Shown here: positions 1 through 10,400 of the stretch, one piece after another
Layout of the letters: the number at the start of each line of letters is the position of its first letter
How positions within the stretch are numbered: the stretch's first letter is position 1
From: Candidatus Micrarchaeota archaeon
GTDB lineage: Archaea > Micrarchaeota > Micrarchaeia > CABMEP01
Direction of reading: 5' to 3'
DNA: 49,418 nucleotides
NCBI GenBank assembly: GCA_964358895.1
Contig: CAYHPR010000005.1
Span: 1,189-50,606 of the forward strand
Made by a program: the position numbers and the translations under genes
The notes under the pieces: model-generated
What the model saw: only the letters and a program-made list of their open reading frames with translations
Told to the model about the DNA's origin: nothing
Database searches by the model: none

Positions 1-45
1 ATATATCGATAGCTATTTATTAGATATGTAGTCTGTTCTGTGCAA

Positions 46-1269
46 TCAGCGCCTAATGATAACTTTTTCACCTACGTTTGTTATCTCTTCCATCTTCAGC
101 GGTACTATCGAGCCAATAGGTGTCTGTACTCTTACCACGCCGTTCTTTTTGTCAATTCCAATTATCTTTCCTATGTAAACTCCTATGTCAGTTATTACTT
201 CCTTATTTTCAAGCTTCATTCTGCCGGCGACACTTGTCTTAAGGATTCGTGATACTTCAATAGCTAAAACTGCAATAACAAGGCATGCAAATGTAGCAAG
301 AAGAAATTCGGAGAACCAGGCATCGCCAACAATCCATGATACGGCCATGAATCCGACAAATGCAAGTAGGATGCTGTTTGTTGCATACAGTCCGATATCT
401 AAAATTTCAAATTTTCTTCTTTCCGGATAAAGCTCAATCAGTTTTCCTATGAACAGAAGGATGATTATGAATAGTAAAAACGGCCACAATATTGGTTTGA
501 GTGCAAATGATACAGCTTCAATCAGCTGGGTATCGCTTGCACGTTTTGTATATTCAGTTATTCCAATTGAAATTGCAATTAGGATCAATGCAAAAACAGG
601 CAAATAAACAATAAGCGCAGTTCTTGATGACGGCAAGACTAGGCCTCGGATACCTGAAAGTATGGATTCTTCCAATCCGAATCCTTTCAGCAAAAGGTAG
701 AATCCTAAAAGTCCTATAATCGGCCTTAAACCGAATCCCAATGATTCGCTGGCCAGAAATGCAAGAAGAAGAATTGCAGGAATACCAAATATAAGGCGTG
801 CATAATAAGGTTCTCTAAGCTTATTGAGCAGAACAATGTATGTCTTTTCCAGTTCCTTAGCCTGTTTCATTACAACCATTCGTCTCGAATCAATTTTCAT
901 ACGCGAAGCAATCAGCGGTGTTACTTCCTCGTCATCAGCGCCATCGGTTACAAATATGCAGCTGCTTGCCGGGAAATGTTGAAGTACTCTTTCTAACTGT
1001 TCAGCCACCTTTTTGTCCGCGGTGTAGCCAAGTCTCGAATCGCCAGTAAGTGTTACTACTTCTGTTTCTTTGGTCTTTGAAAGTTCATCATATGTTTTGA
1101 CAGCTTGAAACATTGCATTTGCATCCGTCTCCTCCGGATCCTTAAGCATAAGTATAGTTGCTGCCTCTAGATTAGCTTTTTTACCGATTATTGGCCCAGA
1201 GATCTTCGTCTTCTTGCCAAGGTCGTCGTCTCTGTCCACACAAATAACGAGTATCTTTTCTTTTATCAT
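46..1269 (-). CDS. DUF373 family membrane protein with C-terminal PRC-barrel-like domain
   Basis: N-terminal 'LVICVDRDDDLG.K..I.GPIIG...N..AA' and 'DPEETDAN' motifs typical of DUF373; several TM helices; ATG at 1269 preferred over TTG at 1302. Confidence 0.85.
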   Translation of the reverse strand: MIKEKILVICVDRDDDLGKKTKISGPIIGKKANLEAATILMLKDPEETDANAMFQAVKTYDELSKTKETEVVTLTGDSRLGYTADKKVAEQLERVLQHFPASSCIFVTDGADDEEVTPLIASRMKIDSRRMVVMKQAKELEKTYIVLLNKLREPYYARLIFGIPAILLLAFLASESLGFGLRPIIGLLGFYLLLKGFGLEESILSGIRGLVLPSSRTALIVYLPVFALILIAISIGITEYTKRASDTQLIEAVSFALKPILWPFLLFIIILLFIGKLIELYPERRKFEILDIGLYATNSILLAFVGFMAVSWIVGDAWFSEFLLATFACLVIAVLAIEVSRILKTSVAGRMKLENKEVITDIGVYIGKIIGIDKKNGVVRVQTPIGSIVPLKMEEITNVGEKVIIRR

Positions 1270-1468
1270 TTTTTCACCGCAATCCCAAATGGGATTTGAC
1301 AAATGTTTGATGCAAGTATATTACAAGTGTATTATAAGTAGACTACTAATTAATACTCTCGGAAAAGCTATTTAAAATATAACGGTTGAATAGTATTACA
1401 GCTGATTTTGAGGAACTCTATTAGTTGTCTAAGTTGTCGAATTAAAATGAAATTTGTGGATTGATTAT

Positions 1469-2005
1469 ATGTTACCTGGTGAATTAGTCGGTACGGAAGA
1501 GGAAGTTTCTGAAGGAAAAGGAACTTACAATGAGCATGGGAATATCCGTTCATATACAAGTGGCAAATTAGTTGTTGATGCAAATAGACATGCCAACATT
1601 ACTCCTTTTGTTAAAATTCCAGAACTTAAATTTGGCACGGTTGTCTTCGGAAAGGTTGTAGAGATGTTTGAGTCTGTCGCTTTTGTGGATTTAGAAATAT
1701 ACGCCGAAGGCAAAAAGTCAAGAACTATGGTTATGTCTGGAGCAATCCCAGTCTCAGAAGTGAAGAATGAGTTTGTCAGATCACTTAGGGACGAGCTTAA
1801 AGTAGGAGACATAATAAAGGGTACAATTAGTAAAGTTACACCATTCCGTGTTGAAGTTTCATTAAAGGGAAACGGAATGGGCGTGGTTAAAGCGTTCTGT
1901 GGTTTCGATAGATATCCTATGAGTTATGATGGAAAAATATTGAAATGTACAAATTGCGGAAAAGTAGAACGAAGAAAACTTGGTTTTCCATATGGAAAAC
2001 AGTGA
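1469..2005 (+). CDS. csl4: Exosome RNA-binding subunit Csl4
   Basis: 'LPGE..G..EE...G.GTY' N-terminus, S1 domain, C-terminal Zn ribbon (C..D...CTNCG..ERRK); upstream of rpoL as is common in archaea. Confidence 0.9.
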   Translation: MLPGELVGTEEEVSEGKGTYNEHGNIRSYTSGKLVVDANRHANITPFVKIPELKFGTVVFGKVVEMFESVAFVDLEIYAEGKKSRTMVMSGAIPVSEVKNEFVRSLRDELKVGDIIKGTISKVTPFRVEVSLKGNGMGVVKAFCGFDRYPMSYDGKILKCTNCGKVERRKLGFPYGKQ

Positions 2006-2037
2006 CATAGTTTCGATTATATCGTGAGGTGTTTTGA

Positions 2038-2304
2038 ATGGTTGAAGTGAAAATAGAAATGAAGGACAAGCATCATGCAGAAATAACTTTCGTTGGCGAG
2101 GATATCGCTATGGTGAATATGATAAGAAATATCTGTTCCGAAAGTGACGACATTGATTTTATTGCAGTTGTAAAGGATCACCCTGAAGTTGGTCATCCAA
2201 AACTCATAATCAAAGTCAAGAAAGGAAACCCAGTTGCACTTGTAGCAAAAGCAGCCGGAAAGGTCGCAAAGACTGCAGAAGACTTAGGAAAGAAGATGAA
2301 ATAA
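2038..2304 (+). CDS. rpoL: RNA polymerase subunit L (Rpo11)
   Basis: 88 aa, 'GED....N.IR' and 'DHP....PKLII' motifs; GAGGTG RBS; follows csl4. Confidence 0.85.
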   Translation: MVEVKIEMKDKHHAEITFVGEDIAMVNMIRNICSESDDIDFIAVVKDHPEVGHPKLIIKVKKGNPVALVAKAAGKVAKTAEDLGKKMK

Positions 2305-2342
2305 TCGAACTAACTAAAACCGACTAATCGAACTAACTTAAA

Positions 2343-3290
2343 GTGAATCGAGTGGTAGAGCCGAAACCTCATAAACCGGAAAATAAAAAAGAAAATAAAA
2401 AAGAGAAGAAAATAGGAACGGAAGTGGAGGGTTCAGAAGATCTTAGCAAATCAACCATTCTTGTAAAGCTTCAGGATAGTAATCTACTTCTTATCCTTCT
2501 TGTTATCTCATTCATAGCATTTTTAGCCACCAGAGAAATAATGTTTGCAGTCACAACTGGTGCCTTGATCATTTCAGTATTCTTTTTAGACATTATTGCA
2601 GGAATTCAGCGGCACGGTTTCTCAAAGGAACTAATAGAGATTGGAATTGCGGTTATAATCGCGTTGGCAGTATGGTTCAGCCTAGTATTTTTGCTTAACA
2701 CGTCCTCCCCTGTCAGTGCAATTGTTTCCTGTTCAATGTTACCTGCATATGAAAGAGGAGATCTAATCATTTTGCGAGGTGTTCCTCCCTCAGAGATAAA
2801 AGCACAAGCTATCGAGGTTGATCAGAACTCATTAAATGTTATATCAAGTTCATTGCATTCCTCCTGTGGTCAAACGCAATTTGGAATTGATTATCAGTGT
2901 GGAAGTTGCGTAAGAACAAGTATCGCAAGCGGACAACCAGGTCAGGAAAGATTTGTTCAATGTGTCAAAGGAATAAGTGTAAATGGAAAACAGATAAATG
3001 AGGATCTGACAAATGACGTCATCGTTTATACTCCTCAGCAATCATTAAGCAGATTCCAAGGTGATATTATTCACAGGGCTTATGCAAAGCTCACAGCAGG
3101 AAACAAAACTGTAATCCTAACGAAAGGAGATAACAATGATTATTTCGACTCTTCTCTTTTCGGAGCAGTTCCACAAGAGAATGTAAAAGGAAAAGTCCTA
3201 CTGCGTATTCCCTACCTTGGCTATCTTAAACTTTTCATCAGCGGATTCTTCAGCGAACCAGCTGGCTGCGATACAGTCCTGCAGCATTGA
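2343..3290 (+). CDS. Signal peptidase I (S26, Sec11-like) with extra TM helices and Cys-containing insert
   Basis: 'VSCSMLP...RGDL', 'IIHR', 'TKGDNN..D', 'V.GKV..RIPYLG' motifs; start uncertain. Confidence 0.85.
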   Translation: MNRVVEPKPHKPENKKENKKEKKIGTEVEGSEDLSKSTILVKLQDSNLLLILLVISFIAFLATREIMFAVTTGALIISVFFLDIIAGIQRHGFSKELIEIGIAVIIALAVWFSLVFLLNTSSPVSAIVSCSMLPAYERGDLIILRGVPPSEIKAQAIEVDQNSLNVISSSLHSSCGQTQFGIDYQCGSCVRTSIASGQPGQERFVQCVKGISVNGKQINEDLTNDVIVYTPQQSLSRFQGDIIHRAYAKLTAGNKTVILTKGDNNDYFDSSLFGAVPQENVKGKVLLRIPYLGYLKLFISGFFSEPAGCDTVLQH

Positions 3291-3396
3291 TTATTGATTC
3301 TCTTGAGGCGGCAAAAATTCTTCAGGTTTTATGTCACAATTGCCGTACATGATTAATCTATTTTTTGTATCTGAGAAAGTTAATTTTGCGTGTTGA

Positions 3397-4659
3397 CTAT
3401 TTATTCTTTTTCTCAAGCTTTTTTGAGCTGCCAATGAATAGGCCTGCTGCAATAAATGCTCCGATGGCAGCTACCTGAAATGCATAGACGGAGGAGAAGT
3501 CCCAAAGAAGTCCAAACACGATTCCGCCTCCGAGTGTTGCAAAACCAACAGATGTCTGATAAGTGCCATAAGCGCTAGCCAACCTATCTTTTTCAATAAG
3601 CGAAGCCACATATGCCTTTGTCTCAACTTCAAGAAGTCCTACAAAAAATCCATATATTGCTAGCAATATAGTAAAACTTTCAATATCTGTTACTTTTGCA
3701 GTGAAAAGAAATACTACGGCAAGTCCTATCAAACCAATTACGATTCCCTGTTTTTCGCTAATTTTCTTTATTTTAGAAATCAGGGATAATGCGCCAGCTC
3801 CAAATATGTATGTGATGCTGAAAAGGAATGCAAGCAAGAGCACACCGCTGAGGTCAAATCCTAAACCTGATGCTTTTAGATAAAAGAAAGCAAGTGCTGG
3901 TGCCAAAAGCGAGAGGATAACAAAGGAAATCACTAACGTTCTAAATCCAGTTCCATAAGCAGATAAATTGAAGATTTGACCGAAGTTAAATCTCCTTTTT
4001 TTATCTTCTGTTCTTTCTTTTGTAGCTGGGGGTTCTCTGACAAAAAATACTAGGACAGCAACAGCAATCAAACCTGGGATCAGTGCTAGAACGAAAATAG
4101 ATCTAGCTGCGGTGTTTATGTCGTTGTTGAATTGTGCAAGAAGACCAATTGCAATCAGTGGACCAATTAAGGCGCCTCCTGTATCCATGATCCGATGTAG
4201 TGCAAACCCAGCCCGTCTTTCTTTCACTTCCACTGATTGTGCAAGTATTGCATCACGTGCTGGAGTGCGGATCGCTTTTCCTGAACGTTCTGCAAATCTG
4301 ACAAAAAGAAACTGTGGCCAACTTGTCGTAAATGCAAATGCTCCTTTCATCAGATTGGCAAGTAAGTAACCTGCAATGACAAGAGGCTTTCTTTTTCTTA
4401 TCTTGTCAGAATACCAGCCAGAAAATATTGAAAGCAGTTGTTCAGCTGCTTTTGCTGATCCCTCAATAAGGCCGACAGCAAAACCAGATGCACCAAGGAC
4501 AGATGTCAAAAAGATTGGCAATATTGGAGTTATCATTTCTGTTGCCATATCATTTAGCAAACTTGCGAGGCCAAGAAAATAGATGTTACTTTTCAAATTC
4601 TTTTTCTTATCTCTCTTCAGATGCTGTTTCATTTCGGTTTTTGTTTCTGATTTTGCCAT
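3397..4659 (-). CDS. MFS transporter
   Basis: About 12 hydrophobic segments, motif A 'GWYSDKIRKRK', 'GKAIRTPARDA'. Confidence 0.9.
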   Translation of the reverse strand: MAKSETKTEMKQHLKRDKKKNLKSNIYFLGLASLLNDMATEMITPILPIFLTSVLGASGFAVGLIEGSAKAAEQLLSIFSGWYSDKIRKRKPLVIAGYLLANLMKGAFAFTTSWPQFLFVRFAERSGKAIRTPARDAILAQSVEVKERRAGFALHRIMDTGGALIGPLIAIGLLAQFNNDINTAARSIFVLALIPGLIAVAVLVFFVREPPATKERTEDKKRRFNFGQIFNLSAYGTGFRTLVISFVILSLLAPALAFFYLKASGLGFDLSGVLLLAFLFSITYIFGAGALSLISKIKKISEKQGIVIGLIGLAVVFLFTAKVTDIESFTILLAIYGFFVGLLEVETKAYVASLIEKDRLASAYGTYQTSVGFATLGGGIVFGLLWDFSSVYAFQVAAIGAFIAAGLFIGSSKKLEKKNK

Positions 4660-4831
4660 CTAATATCACTTAAAGTGTTTTAACATTCCTGACGTCAAAT
4701 TTGCTGTTGACGACCATTTCTCCAAATGTAAGGAACAATTCGCATACAAAAACCAAAAATAGTAGACAATGTGTTAATTGATAATAAGATTTTTATGTAT
4801 GTCTATTTGTTTATTTCTTTTAATTTTAGAA

Positions 4832-6892
4832 CTACCAGTGATCTACGATATTCTTCCATATCCTGTTAAGTCTAGATTCTGGTTTAGATGACTTTTCTGT
4901 TTGTAACGGTTGAGTTGATTGTGTTTTATTGTGCTGAATTACGACTTGAGCAGTTCTTTCTTTAAGGTCTTGTTCTTCTTTTGTTGGTCCTTTGTTCAGT
5001 GGGTCTAAGTTTAATGCAGAACTTAACTGTTCTTCTATCTTTTTCATAGATCCTGGATCCGATTCAGGTATTTGCGGTTCAGGTTTTGGTAATTCTTGTT
5101 CACCTGGAACTGTAAGTTCGTTACGAGCTTCCGAATCTGTAAGAGCTAGCGGTTGTGTCTTTCGAGTTTCTTCCAAAACTATGAGTTGAACATTATCCTT
5201 TTCTTTTACAGCTTCATCTATAGACGGACCACTGCCAGGTCTATCAATGTGAGCTTCTTCAATTTTTTTAGTGAGAAGTGCAACACTTCCTTTAGCTTCT
5301 CCAAGCTTTAATGCGTTGCCTTCAATTTGTCTAGCAACCGAAGAAGCAATTTCTGCTAATTCTTTTTCTATTCTTCGAATATTTTTTTCGGAGTCTTCCT
5401 TTATAGTTTTTAAAGCGTTAGAAAGTTCTAATTTTAGTTCTGAAACTTTTTCACTAAGTTCTATAGCCTCAGTATTACGTTGATTTTTCGAATCGGCCAA
5501 TTCTTGTTGAACAGAACTGTAGAGCTGCCCAATTTTGTTAAACTGATTTTCTAATGTTTCATATCTCGATAAGCTTTGTTTGATTGAATCCTCAGACACT
5601 TTTCTTATTCTTTCAACGCTCTCAGCAAAAAATTGCTGAGTTCTCTGTAAAATCTGCTCCCTTTCATTCAGTATCTCTTTTAATCGTTGTTCATGTTTCT
5701 CTTCCGCGTTTTTGTTATATCCCTCGGCTTCAGTTCTATTCTTCTCAAAATCTTCTTTTATCTGACTCATCTGTTTGTTAACTAATTCCACATTCTCCTG
5801 ATAATTTTTATGCAGATCTGCAACTTTATCTCTTAATTCACTTATAACAAGTTTATTTTGATCTATTAACTCTCGGTACTGGACATCTAATGCGCCTTCA
5901 ACAGATTTCACTTCTGTTTTCATTTCAGAAATTAATAGCCTAAAACGAGAGGTAATACCTTCATCAATAGTTCCATTGATTTCATTAAGATATTTTTCAA
6001 CAGATTCTAACCCATTCCGGATTCGTGTAACCAATTTGTTCGTTAGTTCTAAATCGGTATTAAGCTTTGCAAATTTATCATCAATTTTTTTATCCAAAAA
6101 TTTAACAGCTTCGGTTATTGTTTTATCCGTTTTTTCATCCAAGTGATTTATTTCTTTTTTTACTGTATCTATCTGATTTCCGATCTGTTTTTCTAGTTCT
6201 TCTATTTGTGATCTATATGTTTTATCTCTCTGCAAAATCGCCTCATTTAATATTGTCACTGTGTCTTTGTTTGCTTTATTTTTTTCTAACGAATCGACAT
6301 TGTGGTTTATTACGCTTAATTTATGCCCAATATCTCTATTTTCTTCTGAAGATCTATCGGCAGTTCTTTTATGCGCAGCTAAAAGTTCAGAAATACTTCC
6401 GTAATATCTTTTCCTTTCTTTTTTTAATTCTTCCAAAGATTCGCTTATTTGCTGGATTTTTTTTGAATGTTCTATTCTATCTTTTTCAATTTCTCTATTT
6501 AAATTTTTTATAGCCATATCCTGTTTTTCCATAGTTCCAAATAGTTCTTTATTTTTTTGTTCTAATGCGATTTTTTCTTTTTCATATCTATCTTTAGTTG
6601 ATTGCAGATCCTGTCGTAGTCTTTCATTTTCTGCCAAATCTTTTTCAAGTGTTTGTTTTTGACTATCCTGTTTTTCAATTGTTCTTCTTAAATTCTTTGT
6701 ATCGTCTTCCAATTTCCGTAACTCATTATTTAGATTTCCAACGCGAGTATCTAACTTTTGTCTAGCATCCTGTTCTGAAGCTATTTCTTTTGATAAGCTA
6801 TCATTACTTTTTAGAGTCGATGGCATCCTCATTTCTAACTCTCGAATTTTTCTGAATAAGTCCTCTATATCCCTTGGATCATTTTCTCCCAT
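4832..6892 (-). CDS. Long coiled-coil protein of unknown function
   Basis: 686-aa ORF, E/K/L/Q heptad-rich over about 550 aa, no Walker motifs, Pro-rich tail. Confidence 0.75.
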   Translation of the reverse strand: MGENDPRDIEDLFRKIRELEMRMPSTLKSNDSLSKEIASEQDARQKLDTRVGNLNNELRKLEDDTKNLRRTIEKQDSQKQTLEKDLAENERLRQDLQSTKDRYEKEKIALEQKNKELFGTMEKQDMAIKNLNREIEKDRIEHSKKIQQISESLEELKKERKRYYGSISELLAAHKRTADRSSEENRDIGHKLSVINHNVDSLEKNKANKDTVTILNEAILQRDKTYRSQIEELEKQIGNQIDTVKKEINHLDEKTDKTITEAVKFLDKKIDDKFAKLNTDLELTNKLVTRIRNGLESVEKYLNEINGTIDEGITSRFRLLISEMKTEVKSVEGALDVQYRELIDQNKLVISELRDKVADLHKNYQENVELVNKQMSQIKEDFEKNRTEAEGYNKNAEEKHEQRLKEILNEREQILQRTQQFFAESVERIRKVSEDSIKQSLSRYETLENQFNKIGQLYSSVQQELADSKNQRNTEAIELSEKVSELKLELSNALKTIKEDSEKNIRRIEKELAEIASSVARQIEGNALKLGEAKGSVALLTKKIEEAHIDRPGSGPSIDEAVKEKDNVQLIVLEETRKTQPLALTDSEARNELTVPGEQELPKPEPQIPESDPGSMKKIEEQLSSALNLDPLNKGPTKEEQDLKERTAQVVIQHNKTQSTQPLQTEKSSKPESRLNRIWKNIVDHW

Positions 6893-6935
6893 GTAAAATC
6901 AGTTATTATAACTACTTTCTAGTATTTATATGTTA

Positions 6936-7088
6936 TGGACCAGGCGAGAGTCGAACTCGCGGCCTCGTCGTGCTTCGGAAACTTTCTTTCTAAGAAAGTT
7001 TCATCAAAGAACTTCCGCTTTTTGATGAAACTTTTTCCCTGAAAAAGTTTCTTGCGAACGGCGCGCTCTACCACTGAGCTACTGGCCC
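6936..7088 (-). tRNA. tRNA-Ala(CGC) with 81-nt intron at 37/38 (intron 6972..7052)
   Basis: Mature sequence GGGCCAG TA GCTC AGTGGTA GAGC G CGCCG TT CGC A|A CGACG AGGCC GCGAG TTCGACT CTCGC CTGGTCC A; G3-U70 identity pair; BHB with central helix TTCG/CGAA and bulges CA|A and GC|A. Confidence 0.95.
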
Positions 7089-7112
7089 TTTGTAATGGAC
7101 TAATTCATTTCG

Positions 7113-7120
7113 TTATATAA
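7113..7120 (-). promoter_or_regulatory. TATA box of tRNA-Ala
   Basis: TTATATAA ends 24 nt upstream of tRNA G1. Confidence 0.6.
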
Positions 7121-7420
7121 TATATTAACTAATAATATGCCTAAACTCTAAACGTAGTTAAGTTATTACTAAACTTACCTGGTATCCTGATGAAGGCCCT
7201 GTATGGTGAAATCTGTATAAACTTCATGCTGCTGGATGGGTTAACCCTTAGTTTATGGAAGTAGAAGTTATTTGAAAAAGATTGAAACATTGTTGACGAT
7301 ATAGTATGGCGATTAATTAGTCACCACAGTATCAGCTGGTCAGGGTTCCGTTTGATTTATATATCCTTGTTATTATATAACCTAGTTATCTTAATTTATT
7401 TTTACTTGTGTGGGTATATA

Positions 7421-10400
7421 ATGGGAGAGCTTAAAAATAAAATTAGTGGAATTGATTATTCGCTTTCGCGAATTTTATTTGTAGCCTTTGTCTTTTTTGC
7501 ATTCACCACTTTTGTTTCCGCATTATCACTCCCATATGTTTGGATTGGAAATGGAGTTAGTGGAACTATCTCTGTAATTAATAAAACGTCTAACGCTGTT
7601 GCATTCAATATATCCGGAGTAGGCCAAGGCGGGTGGGATCCGTTAGGTATCGCAGTCGACAATGAGTCAATTTGGGTGACTCGAAATTTAGACAACAAGA
7701 CTTCTCGAATTAATATGACTTCTAATCAAGTAATTGCAAATATTTCACTTAACTTCAGCCCTGTAGGAATCGCAGTCGACCCGCAATTTGTTTGGGTTAC
7801 AGGTTACAATACTTCAACGAATGTAAGTTCTCTTGTGAAAATTAACAAAACAAGCAATGCGATTGATACTTCTTATTTTGCAGGCACATTTGCTTACGGA
7901 GTAGCTGTCGATAATAATTTCGTATGGGTTGCTAATGAAATGAATAATTCAATCTGGAAGCTAAACAAGAGCTCAAACTTTACGATAATTCCTCTTCCGG
8001 GCATACGGCCCAAAGGTATCGCAATCGATCCACAAGGCAATGTTTGGTTTACTGACTCTCTTGGAGGGAAAGTATTCAGGATGAACGGTGTAACAAATGC
8101 GCTAGAGCTCAACGTTTCAACAGGTGTTACTCCCGTAGGTATTGCAGTTGACAACGATTCTGTATGGGTTGCAAACAATGGAAATATGACTGTCGTTAAA
8201 TTAAACAAAACAAGCGGTGCAATCCAGGGAGTGATTGTCACAGGTTCCGATCCAGTTCTTCACAATCCATTCGGTGTATCGCTTGATGATAACTTTGCAT
8301 GGGTCACAGTGTGGAATAGAAATGTAACTATGAAGCTAAATAAAACATCCGGGGCTTCAATTGAAAATATAACAGTGGGTATTGATCCAACTTCATTTGG
8401 TGACTCAACAGGGTATGCTTATGAGACACTTTTCGGTGGCGGTGCGCCACCTTCAAACGGAACAGGTAATATCAATGGTACAGTCTATAACGCATCCAGT
8501 AATCAGACTATAGCAAATGCATCTATTACTTTATTCGGGTTGAATATTACAACGCTTACAAATGGTTCTGGATTCTATAACATCACTAATATTACTGCAG
8601 CAAATTATTCTATACTGGCTAATGCATCAGGTTTTACAGCACAAGCTGCTAATATTTCTGTTTCTGAAAATCAGACAATTGCTCAAAACTTTTATCTCAA
8701 TGGAACAGGGGGTGCGCCACCTTCAAACGGAACGGGCAATCTTACAGGTTACGTCTGGAATTTAACTACTGGCGTTCCGTTATCCGGTGCAAATGTAACA
8801 TTATCTCCATTTAATTCTACTTTTACAAATTCCTCTGGATATTACACATTTACTAATGTCTCAGCAGGATCGTACTCACTTTTTGCCTCTGCAGATAACT
8901 TCTCAGTCGGTTACAATCCAAATCTAACAATAGTTGCAAATACAACAACTTCCTTCAACTTTACATTAAATGCTACTGGACCTGGCGGCGGATTTATGGC
9001 GCTAACAGCGTATTGTTCCGGTAATTCTAGCGGTAATGCGACAGTTTATGGGCGTATTACAAACAGTACAGGCGGCAACGTTTCTGGTGCCGGAGTCAGT
9101 GTTCATATCGATTACTCTCAGTTACAACCTGGCCAATTCGCAGAAGGGTGTTCAGGATGGACTCAAACAGATGGGAATGGAACATACAATTTAACTGGTT
9201 TCGGTACAGGAATCTACGAAATTTTTGTTGATCCTCCTCTTGGTTCAGATTACTCTTCAGCAAAAGCAAATAATGTTAATATTTCATCAACAAACCAAAC
9301 AATAGGACGCAATTTTACACTTGGATCTGGAGGTAAATTAATTGTTAATGTTACCGCAGGGGGTTCTCCAGTGGCATTTGCAGGAGTTAACGCATTTGTT
9401 CCATGGGATCCAATGAATCCATCTGCTGCAAGCAGCGGTGGGTTTGCATGGGGTCAGACAAGCGCTAACGGCACAGTTACGCTCTCAGGACTGACAAACG
9501 GTACATATATGGTTCACGTTGAGCCTCCATTCGGTTCAGCTTATTCAAGAAAGGATGTGTCAAACATCTCCGTAACCGAAGGAACAACTCAGGTCATTAA
9601 TATCACGCTCAGTACAGCTGGTTCAATTTCAGGCTTTATTTTTGCCCCTAATGCCACTAATACAAGTCAATTACTTCCAGTTGCTAACGCATTTCTTAAC
9701 GCGTTTGTTCCATGGGAAGACGGCGGAGGATTCGGCGGTGGATCTGGCTGGGCTCAGTCAAACTCAAGCGGTGGGTTCACAATTTCCGGATTGCCAAATG
9801 GATCTTATCAAGTAGAAGTAGAACCACCTTTCGATTCCAATGTTTCTAGAGGTTTCGCCAAGAGTGTGGTTGTAATTGAAGGGAATACTACACTAATTAA
9901 TTTCACACTTAAAGCAGGTTCCGCACTGTCCGGGCGCATCAAGTTGGCAAACGGCAGTGGAGTAGGATTTGCATTCGTTAATGTTTTCATTCCATCTACT
10001 TCTCCATTCACACCACCATCTGATTTCGGTTATGCAGCAACTGACGGTAACGGTGATTATATTATTAGAGGTCTGAAGGCTGGGAAATATGAAATAACTG
10101 TATGGCCACCATTTGGCAGCGGTCTAAGTACGGGTTTCGCTCATGACGTTAATATAACTGCAGGACAAACAACTGTTCAAAATCTTACTCTTAGTTCCGG
10201 TGGAAGGCTCAGCGGCCGTGTAACCGCTAACGGCAGCGGTATTGCATACGCTTATATCAATGCGTTTATTCCATCAACAGACCCAGGCAAACCGCCATCT
10301 GGATTCGGATGGGGACAAACAGATGCCAACGGCAGTTATAACTTAACAGGTCTTGTTTCTGGGTTATACAAAGTTCATGTTGAACCACCATACGGTACTT

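Noticed and set aside
4832-6892. SMC/Rad50 ATPase
   Set aside because: No Walker A/B, signature or hinge motifs
7187-7211. CTGATGA...GAAA resembling a hammerhead ribozyme core or C box
   Set aside because: Stem II does not close properly, no stem I/III with a cleavage triplet was found, and no D box is nearby
7251-7288. CRISPR array at the GTTT...ATTGAAAC 38-mer
   Set aside because: Only one copy and no cas genes in the window
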